Notes under the pieces: model-generated | The model's database searches: none | What the model was told of the DNA's origin: nothing | What the model saw: the letters and a program-made list of their open reading frames with translations, nothing else | Translations under genes and position numbers: made by a program | Shown: piece by piece, positions 1-15,889 of the stretch | How the letters are laid out: each line of letters begins with the position of its first letter | How positions within the stretch are numbered: the first letter of the stretch is position 1 | Assembly: GCF_009914755.1 (NCBI RefSeq) | Contig: NC_060928.1 | Direction: 5' to 3' (one strand) | Origin: the human T2T-CHM13v2.0 reference genome, Homo sapiens | DNA: 64,000 nucleotides

Positions 1-1188
1 ACCAACACTTAGGAAGTACAAGCAAGAAAGCATGTTCTATGTGTCTGGCATTTCATTTTAATGGCTTGCTGTTGCTTAGTATTGCTTTTCAACAGGATGA
101 CAGATGGTTTATAATACTATCAGGACACATAGAAGTAATATAACACAAACAATGGAGACCAAGTGATTTCTTACTATTTCAGTGTAGAAAACAAATTTCT
201 CAAGTTTTTAACTATAAATATTTTCTTGCCTATTTGCTAGATGGGCAAGTTAGAAAAGACATTTGCTTTTTATATGTGAATGGGAACAATTTTTTTATAG
301 TATAAATTTATTCACTTTTATAAAAAGTGAATTTTTTATTAAAGAAACACAAAACCTCTTAATCAAAACAAATATGACAGCAGTCTTTAATTTGTTTGCC
401 ATAAAATGATTTCATGTTGAATTTTCTAAAAATAAACTTTAGTAGTAACAGATTAATCTAAAAATCTACTAAAAAGTGATTATATGCAGAATATAGCAAC
501 TCTAATTACTTTCAATAAACTGGTTATTCTTAATTCTATTCCAATTCACCAAGTTCCTATATGACAAATCAATAATGGATATGCCTTGGATAGCAAATCT
601 TCCCTGGCAAATTAAAATGAAAAATAATCTCCAAATATAATTATCAATAAGTTTTTAAAAGTATTTCGTATTCATATTCTTTTTCATCACATCAAGGGTA
701 TGAAGCTTACTACTTACAGTCACTTAGATAAGGCAATAACTTTAGAGTTTTCTCAGGTCAATCTTTGAGAATTTGAGGCTATTTTTTTTTTAATATTTTT
801 TCTTCCATATTTAGTGCTATGCTTAATATTGGAATGTGTACCTCAGTAAAAGTATTCTTTTTGTTATGAAATTAGATTAGAAAATTATTTTTTTCCATGA
901 TATAAAAAGGCCAAGATATTAAGAAATAATGTAGTATGATTTCAAGGATGCAAACTTAGGAATGAGAAAGGTGATACCCTCACTAGACAATGTGGTCCCT
1001 TGGTATAAGAGGTAGATAACATTGAAAGTTTATTATAAAGAAACAAAACAAGACAAAGCAAGAAAACTCCTTCAACAGCCAATAAGAAGGGAGAAAAAAA
1101 AATTACAAGGCCAATCTGCTCAAGTAGTGTGGGGAGCAAAATTGTTGCTACTGAGGGCAGAGGTATTTTGAATTTAAACCAGATTTCT

Positions 1189-1509
<321 letters not shown>

Positions 1510-1812
1510 TGAATTTAAACCAGATTTCTGATTGAAGACAAATATCTAACCAGATGAGAATGGTAAAGAATGTCATTTTGGAATGATCATAGACTGTTCG
1601 TATTTGTGATAAAAAGAAAAACAACAGAGTTAGAGATTAATTAATGATATAAATGTTCCCTTTCTACCTAATATAATAGTAGTAAAGTCTTAATTTCTAA
1701 AATATAGCCATTTAGTATATAAAGTTTCTCATTAAATTTTTTATCAAGCAACTATTTTTTAGTCAACTAAACTTTAAGATATAATCTTAGATAAAAATAG
1801 AATCTACTATAC

Positions 1813-1959
1813 CTTGACTTCTGTTCTCTTAAACGCTAGAAAAGTTGTCTCTTGTTTCAGTTTAGTTTCTGGTTTCTTAACCAATGGATCTTTGACAGCT
1901 GGAGTTACAGAAACAACTGCAGGGGCTGGTTTCTGCGGTGGTTTCTGAGTTTTTTGAGC
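1813..1959 (-). CDS. INTS12: INTS12 coding exon 5 ([10 protein letters not shown]...FKRTEVK, 49 codons)
   Basis: 147 nt, ttgcag| acceptor and AAG|gtatag donor, phase 0/0, continues the PHD exon frame; not in the ORF track. Confidence 0.95.
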
Positions 1960-2782
1960 CTGCAAAAATCAGTGGATTAAATCAGATACAAAATCTTAAC
2001 TGAATATACAGAAAGATAATAATCCCTCACAGGACTCATCACTGAAATGAAATACAGTTGAACATTTTAAAAAATAGTGTGATGATAATGAATATATATG
2101 CTCTTTGACAAATTATTATCATATTAATGGTCTTACAGATTGTATTAGTTTCTAAACAGTAAAGATAATATTAAGCTTTAGAAATAATACAGAAGAGGGT
2201 TAGTTAAATACCATTTTAACAAGATAAAATTGTTTTTTAAAGAGCAAAATCACAAACTATATGTAACCGTTAGCTTTACTCATGATGAAGTACATTTATT
2301 TCTCATTGGGGTTTGTCAAATACACAAGAGTTTTCTTCTTGGGGTCTAGGCATAAGTCGACTCCTCAGTTGCTGAGGGCAAATTAAAACACAGCTCAGAT
2401 CATTTATATGGTTTTAAATATAGAACAGGGAGAAAAAAACTATTGATAAATGATTAAACTTTTTGAGGTTTTTCCACATTGCAAAACTAGGCACACTAAA
2501 TCTTTAGAGAAAGTTAATAAATACAAATTTCTATGTTATGAAAGAATTTTCACCCACTATTATTTTATAAGCATCTTCAGTTTTATTTTGACCAATAACT
2601 GATTTTTTCCTTTATTTTATAACTAGGTACTTGACTAAATTTTCCTATAAACTCTAATCATTTTTGAGTTTATTTTTTAGTGTTTTCTAGGTAGATAATT
2701 ATAACTGTTTATAAATGGTTATGTGCCATGTTTAAGAGTAATTTTCAGAGTCAAACACAGTTAGGATTAAAACCCAGCAACT

Positions 2783-3127
<345 letters not shown>

Positions 3128-4731
3128 TCAGGCAAAATATGTGAATCTCTAAAAGCCTCATTCTCTTCATCTGTAAAATGGTAATAGCATTTGTTTCAAA
3201 GGTGGGTTATGAGGATGAATTATGATTATGTAAGAGTTTAGCATAGTGTCTGGAAAATGTTGAGTGCTAACAAAAAGTTACTGTTTATTCATCATTATTA
3301 TTTACAAAGGATAATCAAACTGAATCCAGAAAAATCCATGCATACTGAACGGGGAAAGATGCTTCCCGCCAGCCATTCCATAGTCTTTGATAATCTTCAT
3401 AAGCCCATACAGTACTATACCAGGGAATTTATTAACAATTTGTCACCATTTCTGGAAGCCAGAATTTGGCCTATTTTGCTCTTGTTTGGGCCTTCTTGTG
3501 TAATCTTGGGCTACTGTTTGCCATACTATATAGTTTGGGTCCTTAAATCTCAATTCGTATCACTTTTTATACTACATACCTTCCACATCAAAGTACACCT
3601 ACCTTCAACATCACTTATAAAGCAACAATTAGATCAAGAATATTAAGAATGTTCGAAGTAATTCACTGTTGATTACTTGATTACTGGTACTAGCAGGAAA
3701 GCAGAGCCATCTTATCCTTCATTGCAAAACCATGTTACGAGAATGCATCCCTCACAGTAAAACAGAAACATATGGCTCCAAAACCATGGCTTTCAATCTT
3801 AACACTGCCTTCCACCCACATCTAGCACTCCTGAGGTTAGACTCTGAGGACCCACCTAACTTGTATGTTTTAACAGATAAAGACTAATTATGATGAAGCC
3901 CCAGGAAGTACTTCTGCCTGTGAGATCATGTTTCAATCTTCTGCCTTCCCTGTTTTATCCAGCCATCTTAGAAACTGAGTAAGAAATACCCACAACCCTT
4001 TGTCCTTTACTGGTAATACTAGTTTAGGGAACTAGGATATAATTACTGATTCAGTTTTGTTCAACAAAGGTACTAAAATTTTCATTGGATGACTGCTTCA
4101 AACATTGCAAAATGTATAAAATTCTCCACTAAGGCACTAACTGCCAGAATGGCAGTACTAAAAACCCCACCTATTTCTAAATGCTGCAAAATAGGAGTGT
4201 GTTACTACCTTAGATTGAGAACCACTGCAATAAGTGATATGAGTCTCTCACCTGAAGCTGGGGAAAAACTCCACTACTGCGTAGAGAGAAAACTATAGAA
4301 CTGAAGAATAACCTTGGACCCTGCCATACACGATCACAACATTCTTAACTAGGTCTTCCTACAATGATGTGTACCGCAGAACTTGCCCCAGTTTGAGGAA
4401 TCTGTTTGAGGAGAAAGGGGATATCAGGTCCTATTTATAATATCTTTGAGATACCTTGGAACAATAACCAATGCACATATGAGAATCTCACTCAAAGCAA
4501 TTATAGTTAGAATGACTGTATTTAGAATCCCCACTGTTCCAAAATTATCTCATTAAACCTTACATTTCCTGGATTCTGATCTTTAGGCTCACTTCAGATC
4601 ATGTCTTTTGGTATTTCCCCACATTTGCTCTTGGTGTATTCTAGTCATGTTATAATATTAGCCATGACTCCCCATTTAGTACTTTGACTTCTGGACACAC
4701 AGACCAGATTCACTGTTGATTTCTGGTACTA

Positions 4732-5052
<321 letters not shown>

Positions 5053-7096
5053 TCATTTTATTTAACTTAAGAACAACAGAATGTAGAATGTGTCCAGTCT
5101 TGAGCTCTGCTTAAGTGCTATGCCAATGAATACATGCTCTTACTGATAAATTAGATATTATTTGCAAAGCAGATAAAAGAATAAACAGTATCCCAGATGA
5201 AGAGAAGAAGCTGAGAAGCAGAACATATGGGAACATGAAAGTTCTCCACATATTCAGGGAATGACACACTTAGTCTGTGTCAGAGTGGCCAGAGTGTATG
5301 AATGTGTATGCTGAAGCAGTGAGAGAGAGGGCTGTAAGGTAGAGTCGGGTCAAAAAGAGAAGGTCCATATATGCATCCTAATGAGTATAATCTCATTATA
5401 TAAGTAATTGAGAGCCACTGGGCATATATAAGTAGGTAAATATTTTAGAAGAATTCTAATGATAGTAAGCAAAGTGGATTGATAGGAGGCAAGGAGATTT
5501 ATTAAGTGGCTATTGCAATAGACAAGTAATGGATTTGTGGAACAGGGTAATAAAAGAGAAATGAATAGATTTCAGAGACATATAAGAGGTAGAATTAGCA
5601 AATCTGGTAAACAATGGGATATGGAATTAAAAGAGGCATCAAAGATGTTTTCTAATTCAGGCAATTGCAGAAAAAAAAAACTGGATAATAGAACAACTTT
5701 CACTTTTAAATATATTGACCTTAAAGTATCTATAGACTATCTAGTTAGCTATAGAAGCTCACCCAGGAAGAGGGTTAGAACCATAAACATAGATTTGACA
5801 TAAATCAGAAAAAATGGAGGAGAAAAAACTTGGGGGAAGAACAGTGCTTACTTTAGATATTAAAGGAGCTAAAGTGATAATAATAATGAAACAGTTGAGT
5901 ACATACTAAAGAAAGATAGATTATTGTCACAATTTGTTTCTTTTGACAATTTCCAATTCTTAGTGGTTTCTTATCAATGCTCTGGAATGCATTGCTCATC
6001 TGTAATAATTTCACTTGAGATCCTGGAGGGCTAGTTTAAATAATAAATTAAATAAAAACCAAACTGAGCAGAACAGATTGTAACTTGTCATAGAAATTTC
6101 CTGTTACAAGTAAGAAATATACACACTATTGATATACACACTTTTCATTTACTACTTTTTATTTCATAGGAATAAATAAAAACACTTCCTATTTCTGATT
6201 TAACTGATTAAAAAGTAAAATGGGTATCCCGAGTTTTTACTTTTAACTAAGTACTTCTGACCTTTAAAAGATATATTGGTTAGACAAATTTATATAGAAA
6301 TTCATTTGATTAACAGACATGAGAACTCTGCAATTGAGAATCACTAATTTAAGGCAGGGGAAGAGAGATGGAAGTGGGAGGGAGAGGTGGAGAATAAGAC
6401 ATTATGGCAATTTCTTGTTTTCTTTAAAAGAAAAATTATGAAATTCATTTATCATTTATCTATTTTATAAGTGAATAAAAGTTAGAAAACTATCCAATAT
6501 AACAAATGAAAAGATATTTCACTATGATATTAAAGGCAGGTATGTTAGTCAACAGTAAAAAGAGAAAGTACATAGGAAGAATGAGGTAATGGTCACTTGA
6601 GGACAATGAGAAGGAAAGACTAAGCAACAGAGAAATGCAGCTGGAAAGACAGATATGCACATATAAATATCGCCTCTGTACACATCTTATCCATGCGGTG
6701 GTTTAAGCTCACTCAGAAATTTTCTATATTTCCTTACCAGATCTCAACAAAGAGTGGGGCTTTGTATCTCACCACTTCTCAGTGCTGCATGGTATTTTAA
6801 AATGTTTGTCAATACATTGACAGACTAGTAAGGAATATTCATAATTTGTGTGTCACCAATCTTGTTTTATCTATATTAGAATTAGATAAAACTAAAAAGA
6901 GAAAAATGCACATAACATGGTCTGGTCTTTAGCAATAGAAATATTAATCACATGTACATACTATACATATAAATAAATAATCAGCTTATATTATTTATTT
7001 TTTCAATATCTTAAATATTCAAATCTTTGTTTTGAAAGCACATACCAACAAAAACATTGACAGACTGTTTAAAATAAAGAAAAATATGATTCCTAC

Positions 7097-7256
7097 CATT
7101 CTTTTCATTTGTCTGGTACATCGGGCACAATACCACACCAGGCGAGGGTCATTCGCTTCCTTGTCTGTCACCTGGGGTTTATGACAATCTCGGTGGTAGA
7201 GATTATGGCACTCCTGACATTCTACTAATTGATTGCCAGATGCCACCATCATTTGC
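7097..7256 (-). CDS. INTS12: INTS12 coding exon 4, main part of PHD finger ([25 protein letters not shown]...[13 protein letters not shown])
   Basis: 160 nt, ttag| and ATG|gtagga; with CVVC of the previous exon gives C4-H-C3 PHD ligands; phase 2/0. Confidence 0.97.
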
Positions 7257-7315
7257 CTAAGAAAACATACCATTAAACATTACACTACTTTTTTAAATGC
7301 CATAATTTAAAGTTA

Positions 7316-7741
<426 letters not shown>

Positions 7742-8419
7742 TTAAAGCTTATGGTCAACCATTAATAAATATATAGAATGCCTTAATTAAATTTGGCTAT
7801 TTTCTCGTCATTTCTCGTCATAATTTTTGCCTTTCTCTCAGAAGGTAGTAGACTCTGATTAGTCTTCCAACAGCCTCATAACATTTTGTATCTCCATTAA
7901 ATTCCCTTATATTAGTTAGCTGTATGTTGTTGTTGTTCTTCATTAATATGAGTCACCTAAAGGTGAGTACTGGACCTAATTATCCACAGTCCTTAGCACA
8001 TTACTGTGCACACATAGGGTGCTCAATAAATGTCTGATCAGATTAATAGAATGAAGCCATGTGTGTATAAAAAAGTATAAATTTCAACAGCACAAAAAGC
8101 AATCACCATAGCCTTAGATTATCAAAGGCATATATATCATAATATAATAATCACTTTCCCTCTGGAACCCAAAAATGCAGAAAATGTTACAACATAACAG
8201 ATTTAAAAGCCATAGTTGGGAAAGACAAAATAGTTGACAATTTTCAATATGCTAAATTGTTATATGGGCAGTTACCTACTTATCTCCACCCCAGTTCCAA
8301 ATAGTAAAAACAAAATAGAAAATGCACAACAATTTTTCTGATTTTGGGGGTTGAGGAGTGGAAAGGGTCATGTGTTCTTTATAAAGTAACAAAAGAATCT
8401 GTGGCAAGGTACAACTTAC

Positions 8420-8607
8420 CTACAAACAACGCAGGCCAATCCCATCTCCATGGCAAAATCATCAGCACTGGTCTCCTCAAAACTGGAAAGGTCAGCCATA
8501 GGTAAATCCTTGCTACTTTGGACAGTAATGGGAGATGACTGTGTTTCTGGTTTCTCCAATCTAGGTTTCTTTGGAATATCAACTCCTTCAGTGATGTCTG
8601 ATTTCAT
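8420..8607 (-). CDS. INTS12: INTS12 coding exon 3 ([10 protein letters not shown]...MGLACVVC-R)
   Basis: 188 nt, tatag| and AG|gtaagt; matches ORF 8416..8607; phase 0/2. Confidence 0.97.
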
Positions 8608-9454
8608 CTATAAAAAGCAGGCATCAGAAAATGATAAAGTAATGTGGTAGAATAAACTTTAAGTCACTGAAAGACGAGTGAGAAGGACAATTGGCAATGA
8701 ACAAGTCCATTTTACAGATATATTCACATAGTTAGGGACAGATGTGCACATTAAAGATCTGTAGAAGAACTGCAATGAATTTATTAGTATATTAAATGAA
8801 ACCAGCAAGATAGAAATAAATAAATCAGAACAGTTTAACAAATATTTGTATTTCTCTTTGTACTCTTCTATCTACTAAAGAATTATGGAAGATCGATGGA
8901 TTTACTTAGACTAGTATCTACCATACAGACTTAACACATATTTGCTTCAAAGCAAATTCGGATTCCCTTCTTTAAGATATAAATATTATCAATATACCCA
9001 TTAGATTTGGCAAAAATCAAAAAGTCTGATAAGACATGGAATTTGGAATTCTTATACTTTGTTGATGACAGTGTAAATTTAGTACATCTACTTTTGATAG
9101 AAATTTGGCAATGCCTAGTAATGTTGAAGATGTCATATCCTATTATATTCACTTATAGGTATACATCCTATAGAAACTATTAACATGACATATGTATAAA
9201 GTAGCTCACTCAAACTCCATTGTAATAGAAACAAAGGAGAAATATCTAATTGTGCATCAGTAGGGGAATGATAAACTGGTTAATCATTCCCCTATGATAA
9301 ATCAGTAGGGGAATGATAAACTGGTATTATGTAGTAGCTAAAAGAAATCTAGATCTACATGCATTAACAAAGATACATTTCAAAAGCACATAGTTGAGTG
9401 GAGAAAAAGTTACCAAAGGATATACACACACACAGTATGATAACATTTACATAA

Positions 9455-9751
9455 TTTTTTTTTTAAGACAGAGTCTTGCAGTGTTGCCCAGGCTGGAGTG
9501 CAGTGGCACAATCTCTGCTCACTGTAACCTCCGCCTGCTGGGTTAGAGTGATTCTCACGTCTCAGCCTCCTGAGGTGCTGGAACTACAGGTGTGCGCCAC
9601 CACACCTGGCTAATTTTTGTATTTTTAGTAGAGAGGGGGTTTTGCCATGTTGGCCAGGGTGGCCAACTCCCGACCTGCTGACCTCAAGTGATCCTCCTGC
9701 CTTGACCTCCCAAAGTGCTGGGATTACAGGCATGAGCCACCACACCCAGCT
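9455..9751 (-). mobile_element. Alu
   Basis: Reverse Alu dimer, inserted next to an old L1-like 3' fragment. Confidence 0.93.
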
Positions 9752-10054
9752 TCACTTATGTAGATCTAAAAACAGAGAAATAATCTAATGTAGTTTATGA
9801 ATAGCCACTATTTAGCAAAAGTATGAAAACATACGGGATAATATACTCCATCTTGAGGGCAAGGGTTACTGAAGATATCTTTCAAATGTATTTTTTTCTA
9901 ACTACTAAAATCTTAATTACTATATGTAGAAATCATCTAAAAATAGACAATCCAAGAATCATCTTTGGCACTGTTCAGGTGCATACCACTCTATAAAGTT
10001 TATGTTTAGTCATTTACATCTATACTCTTTCCCATCTTTTCTTTCTTGCTTTCC

Positions 10055-10315
10055 TTTTTTTTTGAGACAGCGCCTCACTCTGTCACCCAGGCTGGAGTGC
10101 AGTGGCACGATCACCGCTCACTGCAATCTCTGCCTCCTGGGCTCAAGCAATCCTCCCACCCCCCACCCGCCCACAAACAGCTGGGACTACAGGTGCATGC
10201 CACCACACCCAGATGATTTTTGTATTTTTTGTAGAGATGGGGTTTCATCATGTTGCCCAGGCTGATCTTGAACTCCTGAGCTCAAGCAGTCTACCTGCCT
10301 CGGCCTCCCAAAGTG
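10055..10315 (-). mobile_element. Alu (AluJ-like, 5' end degraded)
   Basis: Reverse Alu with gctcaagcaatcctcccacc. Confidence 0.88.
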
Positions 10316-10636
10316 TATCTATCTTTTCTTTTTAACAACTGTTCCATCTAGGATCTCTGAGGCATAGATTAAAGTTTACACTCAAAGTTACTATACTCCC
10401 TAGGACTCAAATATTTATTGACAATAACTTTTAACCACTTAACTTTAAAATTTGTAAATTTTACTCATTTTTTGAAAAGTCAAAATCTATAGCTATCAAT
10501 ATATATTCACTGAGTGTTGATTATTATATACCTATACCCATTATTATATAAAAGAAATAGGCATAAAACATTGTTTCTTTCTGCTTATGGAACAACTAAT
10601 TTACTTTCTTTTAACAAGATTAAAATAAAATCTTAC

Positions 10637-10789
10637 TTTATCAGCAGGTCTCTTTTCAGCTTCCTTCTTTACCTTTTCAGTTGTGAGGACCTTGCCATTA
10701 TTATTACCAGAAGGAAGACTGGATGATATTTTGGGCTCTTGCTTAATGGAAATGTTTTTTGTGCTTGAAATTTTGGGTGGCTCCACATC
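10637..10789 (-). CDS. INTS12: INTS12 coding exon 2 ([10 protein letters not shown]...EKRPADK, 51 codons)
   Basis: 153 nt, ttttag| and AAA|gtaaga; phase 0/0. Confidence 0.97.
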
Positions 10790-10967
10790 CTAAAAGATGA
10801 AAAAAGGTACCAGTAATTAAATATTTAGACTGATCATCATAAAAAAAGATCATTAATATAAACAATTTTCAGTTAAAAATTAAGACATTTCATTATAACC
10901 AATGTAATATTCCTTTCTTAAATAGTTAAATAGCTTTATTGAGAAATAATTGATATACAAACTGTAC

Positions 10968-11271
10968 CTTTTTTATTTTTATTTTTTGGGACAGAGTCTC
11001 ACTCTGTTGCCCAGGCTGGAGTGGAGTGCTGTGGCACAGTCTTGGCTCACTGCAACCTCTGCCTCCTGGGTTCAAGTGATTCTCCTGCCTCAGCCTCCCA
11101 TGTATCTGGGACTACAGGTGCACCACCACACCCGGCTGATTTTTGTAGTTTCAGTACAGATGGCGTTTCACCATGTTGGCCACACTGGTCTCAAACTCCG
11201 GCCTCAAATGATCCGCCCACCTCGGCCTCCCAAAGTGCTGGGATTAAAGACGTGTACCACCACACCTGGCC
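10968..11271 (-). mobile_element. Alu nested in old L1
   Basis: Reverse Alu dimer. Confidence 0.93.
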
Positions 11272-12290
11272 CAAACTACACCTACTTAAAGTGTAACATT
11301 TGATAAGTTTTGACATATGTATACGTCTGTGACACCATCACTACAATCAACATAATGAACATATCCATCATCTCTCCAAATTTCCTTGTGGCCCTTTGTA
11401 ATTACTCTCTTACAGGTATACACCCTATAGAAAAATATGTCTCCCATCATCAAGCAAGAAAAATATGTCTCCCATCATCAGGCATATAGAAAAATATGTC
11501 TCCCATCATCATCATCACTTATCTGTTTTCTGTAACAATACATTAGTTTGCATTTCCTAGAAATTTATATAAATGGAATCATATTCTTTTTTGGTCTGGC
11601 TTCTTCTACTCAGCATATTTATTTTGAGATTCATCCATGTTGTTTAGTGTATCAATAGTTAATTCCTTTTTATTGCTGAATAATATTCCATTGAATGAAT
11701 AGACTACAATTTATTTATCAATTTACCTATTGATGGATATTTGGGTTGTCTGCAGTTTGGGACTATTACAAATAAAGCTGTTATGAATATTCATGTACAA
11801 GTATTTATATATATATCTATGTTTTTATTTCTCTAGAAAAAATAGGAGTGGGTTATATGGTAAGTATTAATATATGCTTAATTACTTGAGAAACTGCCAA
11901 ACTGTGGCAGTACCATTTTATATTTCCACCAAGCATATATGAGAGAGTTCCAGTTCCTTCCCATCCTCACCAATGCTTTGTATGGCTACTCTTTTTAAAT
12001 TGTAGATGTTCTAATAGGTATGTAGTGATATCTCATTTAGATTTAATTTAAATTTCCCCAGTAACTAATGATGTTGAGCAGCTTTTCAAGTGTTCATATG
12101 GCATACATATATCTTCTTTGGTAAACTATTTGATAAAATATTTTGCCCATTTAAAAGAAATGAATCTGTTTGTTTTATTACTAAGTTAAAAGAGTTCTTC
12201 ATAGATTTTGGGCACAAGGCCTTTATCAGATATATGATTTGCAAATATTTTCTCTCAGTCTGTGGCTTGTCTTTTCATTCTGTTTAAATT
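11272..12290 (-). mobile_element. Old L1M 3' fragment
   Basis: Typical L1M 3'UTR/ORF2-end antisense text (ttttgagattcatccatgttg, gatgttgagca, tttgcaaatattttctc). Confidence 0.75.
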
Positions 12291-12624
12291 CAATTCCTTA
12301 TTCATGTATTATAGCTTTGCTGATACAGATAACTTGTTATTTGTTGTCATTAATAGTATGCATAAACTTTGGCAGCTCTTGGAATTCCCCCTCCCCCAAA
12401 AGGAGGGCACTTTCCCATCATTCTAAACAAAACTAAGGCAGCTGAGTGCAGTCTATTTTACTGTGATAATATGTAAAAGTACAAAAGTATAAATGGGAAT
12501 AATACACAACAATTTCAGAATAGTGGTTACCTCTGAGGGGGGAAGAGAAGAAAAAGGAAGGAGGAATGGGTCCTCAGATCTAGTGGTGGCAGGGCTTGAT
12601 ATATTATTATGCTGATTGTTTAGA

Positions 12625-12824
12625 CAACGGGTTAGCAAACTGAGGCCTATAAATAGTTTTTTATAAACAGTTATATTAGAACACAGCCACACCCATTCAT
12701 TTTATAATGTATGGCTGCGTTCACATTACCATGGCAGAATTAAATAGTTGCAATGGAGACCATCTGGCACACAAAATCTAGAATTCTTACTATTTGGCTC
12801 TTTATAAAGTCTGTTGATCACTGG
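12625..12824. mobile_element. MER58-like hAT non-autonomous DNA transposon
   Basis: gggttagcaaact...aacacagccacacccattcatt...tactatttggctctttata resembles MER58A. Confidence 0.65.
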
Positions 12825-12857
12825 TGTAGACTTAGTAAAGTGTTGAAGAAAATGTTA

Positions 12858-13196
<339 letters not shown>

Positions 13197-14970
13197 CGTG
13201 TATTGTGTGTAACTAAAAAATTGAAGACAAAGTCATGCAGTATTAAACTATTACCTAATTCAGCAAAAAAGTTGTTTTAGTTGTTGACGGATGAGTTAAG
13301 TTTTAACTCCATTATTTCACATTTGCCTTCCTCATTAATGTAAATGAATATCAACCAATATTCATGTTAGAATACACTTGGAGACCTGGTAATGTTAGTA
13401 AGCATTACCTCCAGGTGATTCTTATCCATGCTAAAGTTTGAGAAACACTGGCATAAATCACTCTTCTTACACAAATCTAGTGATGAAAATATTCAGCTGA
13501 AGGCTAAAATTAAATGGACCTGGGCTTTAAAAACCTATAACAAAGTAGTTTCTGAAAACTGATCAAGAGAAATGAACTCTAGCTAGAAACCTAAGGGCAG
13601 CGTGCTTTTTAATCACAACAAATTTTTCATGTTCTTTAAGAGATAAACTTCCATTTTAGAACCCCATTAAAACAATTTTTTTTCTTTAGTAATAATAGGT
13701 TTCCCTATCTGGACAATACCAACACCCACAGTGGAATGAATTTGGTAGTATGTTTTGTAGAGCCATATTGATTTGGTCGATCTGAACTCACTGAACCTAC
13801 TGCAATGAGAATGGATAGAAGAAATGAAGTCACAATGGTTCTGCTATTCAAAATACAATAAAAAGGCTTCGGAGTACTAGACCTAGTATTGAAAGAAGGC
13901 TGGGGACAAAATGCCAGTGTTTACTTGGGCTCTGAGCCTGGGACTAGATCCTCTCTTGAGCTTCAGATTCTGGTTAGACTTGAGCTAGTCATGTTCTATT
14001 TTCTCCTTCTCAGTTTGGGATCTAAGTCCACAGACCTGAGTGATTTGGAGTTTGAGGGTCAGAGCTTAGAAGGATTTGATAGAATGTCTTAGTAGGTATT
14101 AGGGAATATAATAAGAGTTGTCATTCAGTGACAGCCTATTATGTACCAGGCAGGTACTACACTAGGTAACTCATTTACTGGATCTCCTTCAATTTTTACA
14201 ACTCTGCAAAGTAGTTCTTATTATCCCCATTTTACCAATAAACAGACTAAGTGAAATGAAGTTTCTATGTACCTCAGTTTCCTTATGTAAAATGAAGAAA
14301 ACAGTTATCTATCTTAAAGGATCATTATCATAATTAAAATTAATTATTCACATAAACTACTCAGAAAAGTGCCTGGGACATCAAGATACGTTGTCTATTA
14401 TCATCACACAATTATAAGATTTAAGTGGGATTTAAAACAGGTGTGTTTGGTATCAAAACATATATTCTTTTCACATAAAGCTGCCATTGGCTGCTTTGTT
14501 ATTATCAAGACAGGAGCTACACAGTTCTCAGAGTTCATCCATACCTCCTTTTCTCTTAAATTATCCTACCCATATTCAATTTATTTTGTTGAAAGATCTG
14601 TCCTTTTACTTGATTTTTTTTAATCCTTAAAATATTAGGCAATAATTAGAAGTAAGTTGTGGTTACATTCAGCAGCTTAAAAAAAATTCTGATCACAAAG
14701 AATCGGAAATTAAAGTAAGTCGTAAACAAGTGAATTCATATACACATAAAGTAGTAGAACAGAATATCCTGCACCCCCAGCTGATTTTTCTATGTGGTGT
14801 AACAGTTCTCTGAAAACTTGAAGGGAAAAAAGAAAATAAAGAATATAATTTCTTCATGCTACAAGGAAAGATTATTTCGGCAGAGATTGTTTTGAGATGG
14901 TCTATATGTTATCAATGTAGTACTACAGGCCTTACAAAACTCTCTCCAAGCTTTTTATTCATTCAAGTAC

Positions 14971-15126
14971 CTTTTGAGATGGACGGTAACTGGAATCAAT
15001 GCCCCGAGCCAAAGATTCATCAAGCAGTGCTTTTAGCTTTTCAGCAGAATCTTTACTCTTTGAATGCAAGAAACCTAGTGCTTTCAAAAAAATGGGATCA
15101 AGTTCCAAGTTCACAGTAGCAGCCAT
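14971..15126 (-). CDS. INTS12: INTS12 first coding segment ([18 protein letters not shown]...YRPSQK, 52 codons); exon begins at 15135
   Basis: gcaATGg Kozak, ttcag| acceptor 9 nt upstream, AAG|gtactt donor; recognisable INTS12 N-terminus. Confidence 0.97.
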
Positions 15127-15824
15127 TGCAAACGCCTGAAGGAAAAAAAGAGAAAGTAATCTAGAAGACAATGCACAATTATCTATGTTAAAGTTTTACT
15201 TTTCTGTTTTTTAATTTGTAATAGATAATACTGTACACATGATATAAAATTTAAAATCACCAAAAAGTTATTACAAATAAAAGTAAATTTCCTTCTTATT
15301 CCTGACAGGCATTATCTAGTTCCTTCCCCCTGAAACAACTAGCAGTATCAGTTTTCTGTGTATCCATATCGATGGTAACGTTTTAAATCCAGGTAGGCCT
15401 CTCCCTGCCACAGAACTCCTTCCTAACTGTGTTTTAAAAGATACACTTCGCAGTTTCAGTACATAGAACTTGATGGGTTTACGTCAAGTTTACTCTGTAT
15501 CAAAATTTCTTCTCTCAAACCTTATTTCCATAACACAAGGGAAGACTTAGTGTGCAGGTGTTTGTGTGTGTAAGGGCTATCGTAAGAGGGCAATGGTGAA
15601 AAGGTATATTAAGTGATTAGCTATCATGGTCACTGCTGCCACTTTTACCTCAACTCTTTTTTTTTTTTTTTCTAAACTCACCTCTTCAGTTCTCTGCCCC
15701 AACCCTAAATGTCTCAGAAAACATATTAATGATAACCTTATTTGATCACATTTAGATTGTGGTATCTCATGCATTAACCTATTTTTAAAAGTAAGGTCTC
15801 TGAGGGATAATATCATATCTACTT

Positions 15825-15827
<3 letters not shown>

Positions 15828-15886
<59 letters not shown>
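15828..15886. repeat. (AC)n microsatellite, ~29 units
   Basis: Perfect dinucleotide run. Confidence 0.99.

Positions 15887-15889
<3 letters not shown>

Noticed and set aside
3257-3646. 129-aa + strand ORF
   Set aside because: Antisense to INTS12 intron, no recognisable motif or splice support
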